A stretch of DNA of 64,000 nucleotides from Myxococcota bacterium (GTDB lineage Bacteria > Myxococcota_A > UBA9160 > UBA6930). The translations under genes and the position numbers were made by a program. A model generated the notes under the pieces. That model was given only the letters and a program-made list of their open reading frames with translations. It searched no databases and had not been told where the DNA came from. Location of the stretch: NCBI GenBank assembly GCA_965223705.1, contig OZ245015.1:3936001-4000000 (forward strand), in the 5' to 3' direction. The stretch's first letter is position 1, and the number at the start of each line of letters is the position of its first letter. Shown piece after piece: positions 61,673-64,000 of the stretch.

Positions 61673-63280
61673 TTGGAAGAAGTCGAACTACCGCCGCGCC
61701 TTCTCCTCGTCGCCTACGCCGATGCGATTGCCGCAGCGCTCGGCGACTCCCTCGCGAGGGAAGGTGTCGAGGTCGTTTCATCGCGCTCGGTTTCGGAAGC
61801 CGCCGAAGCGCTCCACGACGGCATGTTCGATGCCACGGTCCTCGCGACGCCCGTTCCGGACGCAGATCTCCTCGCGGCCTGCGCCGCACTCCGTGATCTC
61901 GCAACGGCCCCCCCTCTCCTGCTCATCGACGACGCCGATCATTCAGCTGCCCTTCGCGCACTTCCCGCCGAAATGCGCCCGCATCGTGTTCTGGTCCGCC
62001 CCGTCGAAGCGTCGAAGCTTGTCGCCTCGCTCGGTGAGCTCGCTTCGTCCCCGGACGAGCTCGAACTCGAGCCGCTGCCCACAGGCGAGGTGCTGACGAA
62101 ACTTCTCGGTGAGCTCTCCTCGGGCAAACAGACAGGCGTTCTCCAAATTCGCGGCACGGCGGACGACGTCGTCACGCGAATCTACTTCCAGCGCGGTCGC
62201 CCGGTGAACGCCGAGGGGGGTTCGCTGCGTGAAACCCTCGGCAGAATGCTACTGCGGAAGGGCGAGCTCACAGAAGACGACTACGAACGCGTCATCGATC
62301 GGATGACCGACAGCGTGATCCACAACGAGCACCAGAGAATGGGAGAGGTCTTGGTCGAACTGGGAATCCTCTCCTCCGACGATGTCTACCGCGCGCTCGC
62401 GGAACAGGTCGAAGAGAAGATCGAGGGTTGCTACCGGCGGGGCGATTTCGCGCACGATTTCGAGTGCACGGACGGCCTGCCCGACGGCAGTCAGCCCTTC
62501 GACGTCGCCCCTCTCGAATCCATGGTGCAGCGCGGACTGGCGTTTCACGTGGACGAAGAAGCGGTCGCGGAGGTTTTGCGGGCGAGCCCGGCGCTCCCTG
62601 TTCATCTCGAGCACCCGATCGGCGAGCTGCAGAAGCGCTATCGGTGGTCGGCCGAGAATCGCGCGGTCGTCGAACGTGTCGACGGAGAGCGGACGCTCCC
62701 TGATTTATTGCAAGGGCCACGTGCGGCCTACGTTCTTGCCGCGCTGCTTTGGCTCGGAGATGCGAGTTGCGCCGAGGCGACGTTCCCGGCCCTGCTCCCC
62801 AAAAAGACGCCGGCGCGCCAACCGCTGGCCAAGATTCGACTCAAGCAGGTCACGCATAAGTCGCTGGAAACCCGGCGGGACCCGAAACGCCTTCAGGCCG
62901 AGGGACTGTTTCAGAAAGCGCGCCGATTGCTGGCGGCTGGTGAGCTCTCCGAAGCCGCGGCGACCGCGCGAGAAGCCGTCGCGCTCCAGCCCTCGGAGCC
63001 CGAATACTGCATGCTCGAAGCTTGGGTGCTGTACCGGCAGGGCGGCGACGACCTGCGCCTTCGGCGGGCAAAAGCGGTGGCGGCGGCTCGCAAGGCATCG
63101 ATCGCCGAGCCGCGGGCGAGTTGGCCTCACGAAGTTCTCGGGCAGCTCGCGCTGGACGCCAATGATGCAGAGCTGGCGGTGCGCGAGTTCGAAGCGGCGC
63201 TCGCCTGTGACTCTGGATGTACCGGTGCCCTTGAGGGCCTGAAGAGAGCGAAAACTCTCGCCGAGAGATGGTTGCGCTGA
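61673..63280 (+). CDS. Pseudo-receiver + DUF4388-like + TPR multidomain protein
   Basis: Receiver-like N-terminus; TGVLQI...IYFQRGRPV, LGRMLLRKG, RMGEVLVELG; C-terminal TPR-like helices. Confidence 0.75.
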   Translation: MEEVELPPRLLLVAYADAIAAALGDSLAREGVEVVSSRSVSEAAEALHDGMFDATVLATPVPDADLLAACAALRDLATAPPLLLIDDADHSAALRALPAEMRPHRVLVRPVEASKLVASLGELASSPDELELEPLPTGEVLTKLLGELSSGKQTGVLQIRGTADDVVTRIYFQRGRPVNAEGGSLRETLGRMLLRKGELTEDDYERVIDRMTDSVIHNEHQRMGEVLVELGILSSDDVYRALAEQVEEKIEGCYRRGDFAHDFECTDGLPDGSQPFDVAPLESMVQRGLAFHVDEEAVAEVLRASPALPVHLEHPIGELQKRYRWSAENRAVVERVDGERTLPDLLQGPRAAYVLAALLWLGDASCAEATFPALLPKKTPARQPLAKIRLKQVTHKSLETRRDPKRLQAEGLFQKARRLLAAGELSEAAATAREAVALQPSEPEYCMLEAWVLYRQGGDDLRLRRAKAVAAARKASIAEPRASWPHEVLGQLALDANDAELAVREFEAALACDSGCTGALEGLKRAKTLAERWLR

Positions 63281-63282
63281 GC

Positions 63283-64000
63283 TCAGCGCATGCGCGCGAT
63301 TACCTCAGTCGCGAACTCATCACACATGGCGTATTGCCGGTGGGCCGGGGCGATGAAGTTGATGCCCGATAGCCCTTCTTCTTCGAGGCTTCGAAGACGC
63401 TCGACAATCTCGTCGGGTTGGCCGGCGATACAGAACGTGCGAATGACGTCAGGCGTGACAAAACGCGCTTCCTCGGGATCGAGGTGACCGTAGTGACTTT
63501 CGTGAGCTTCGGTGAAGGACCGGTCCGCGTCGCGCTTCGTTCGAAACGCGACGTAGTCGTCCCAAATCGCTTGCGCATACGTCGGCGGTTCGACGCCCGT
63601 CTCGCGGAAACGGTCATATAGGAAGTGGAGGTTTACCATGATGGAGGACCCCACCTCGTCGAGAACGCGCTCCGATGTGAGCTCCTCGCCCGGTTTGAGC
63701 AGGAGCAGGTTCACCAACCCAAAGACCTCGAACCCCGCGAGCGTGCGCTGCGATTCTTCCGCGCCAGCTCGTACGTTCGCTAGCGCTTCGGTAATTGACC
63801 CGCCGCGGGGGATGCCTGTAATCAGCGCGTCTCCGTACTGGCCGGCCAGCTCCTGAGCGCGTCGCCCGAAGCCACCGACGTGGATCGGAATCGAGTCCTC
63901 GAGATGAATGTGACCGAGTTCCAGGCTCTGGAAGGCGATGCGTTCGTGAATCCCATTCGCCTCGTAGTCGACGCTCTCGCCCCGCAACAACCCGCGAATG
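63283..64000 (-). CDS. Luciferase-like (LLM) oxidoreductase, 3' part
   Basis: IPIHVGGFG...LAGQYGD, CIAGQPDEIVERLRSLEEEG; runs off the window. Confidence 0.8.
   Translation of the reverse strand, partial: IRGLLRGESVDYEANGIHERIAFQSLELGHIHLEDSIPIHVGGFGRRAQELAGQYGDALITGIPRGGSITEALANVRAGAEESQRTLAGFEVFGLVNLLLLKPGEELTSERVLDEVGSSIMVNLHFLYDRFRETGVEPPTYAQAIWDDYVAFRTKRDADRSFTEAHESHYGHLDPEEARFVTPDVIRTFCIAGQPDEIVERLRSLEEEGLSGINFIAPAHRQYAMCDEFATEVIARMR

Overview
High-GC (about two-thirds by eye), gene-dense bacterial chromosome window of mostly housekeeping and metabolic genes. A solo spd-type EF-G and a DUF4388/TPR protein suggest a Myxococcota/deltaproteobacterial host (inference). Contents: ethylmalonyl-CoA pathway genes (ccr, CitE-like lyase, ecm/meaA, meaB, PduO), nadA, srkA, cysE, etfBA, efp, a WYL regulator, an M16 peptidase pair, gltA, ctaA, a form II coxSLM-type molybdoenzyme, fusA, infA, a Baeyer-Villiger monooxygenase, a PQQ dehydrogenase and three luciferase-like monooxygenases. 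No rRNA, tRNA, transposase, integrase or CRISPR array was recognised. The most striking signals concern non-standard translation. (1) A small minus-strand SEC-C zinc-motif gene (53458-53706) with a strong SD and a 17-bp 3' hairpin reads as a complete protein only through up to three successive +1 frameshifts at CGC-TTT-CGA, CGA-AAA-AGG and CGC-TTT-CAA. (2) A thioredoxin-fold protein has an in-frame UGA in a UxxC motif plus a SECIS-like hairpin (60999-61514). (3) A WYL regulator probably starts at a CTG overlapping the efp stop codon. All family calls come from motif recognition by eye; no database searches were run.
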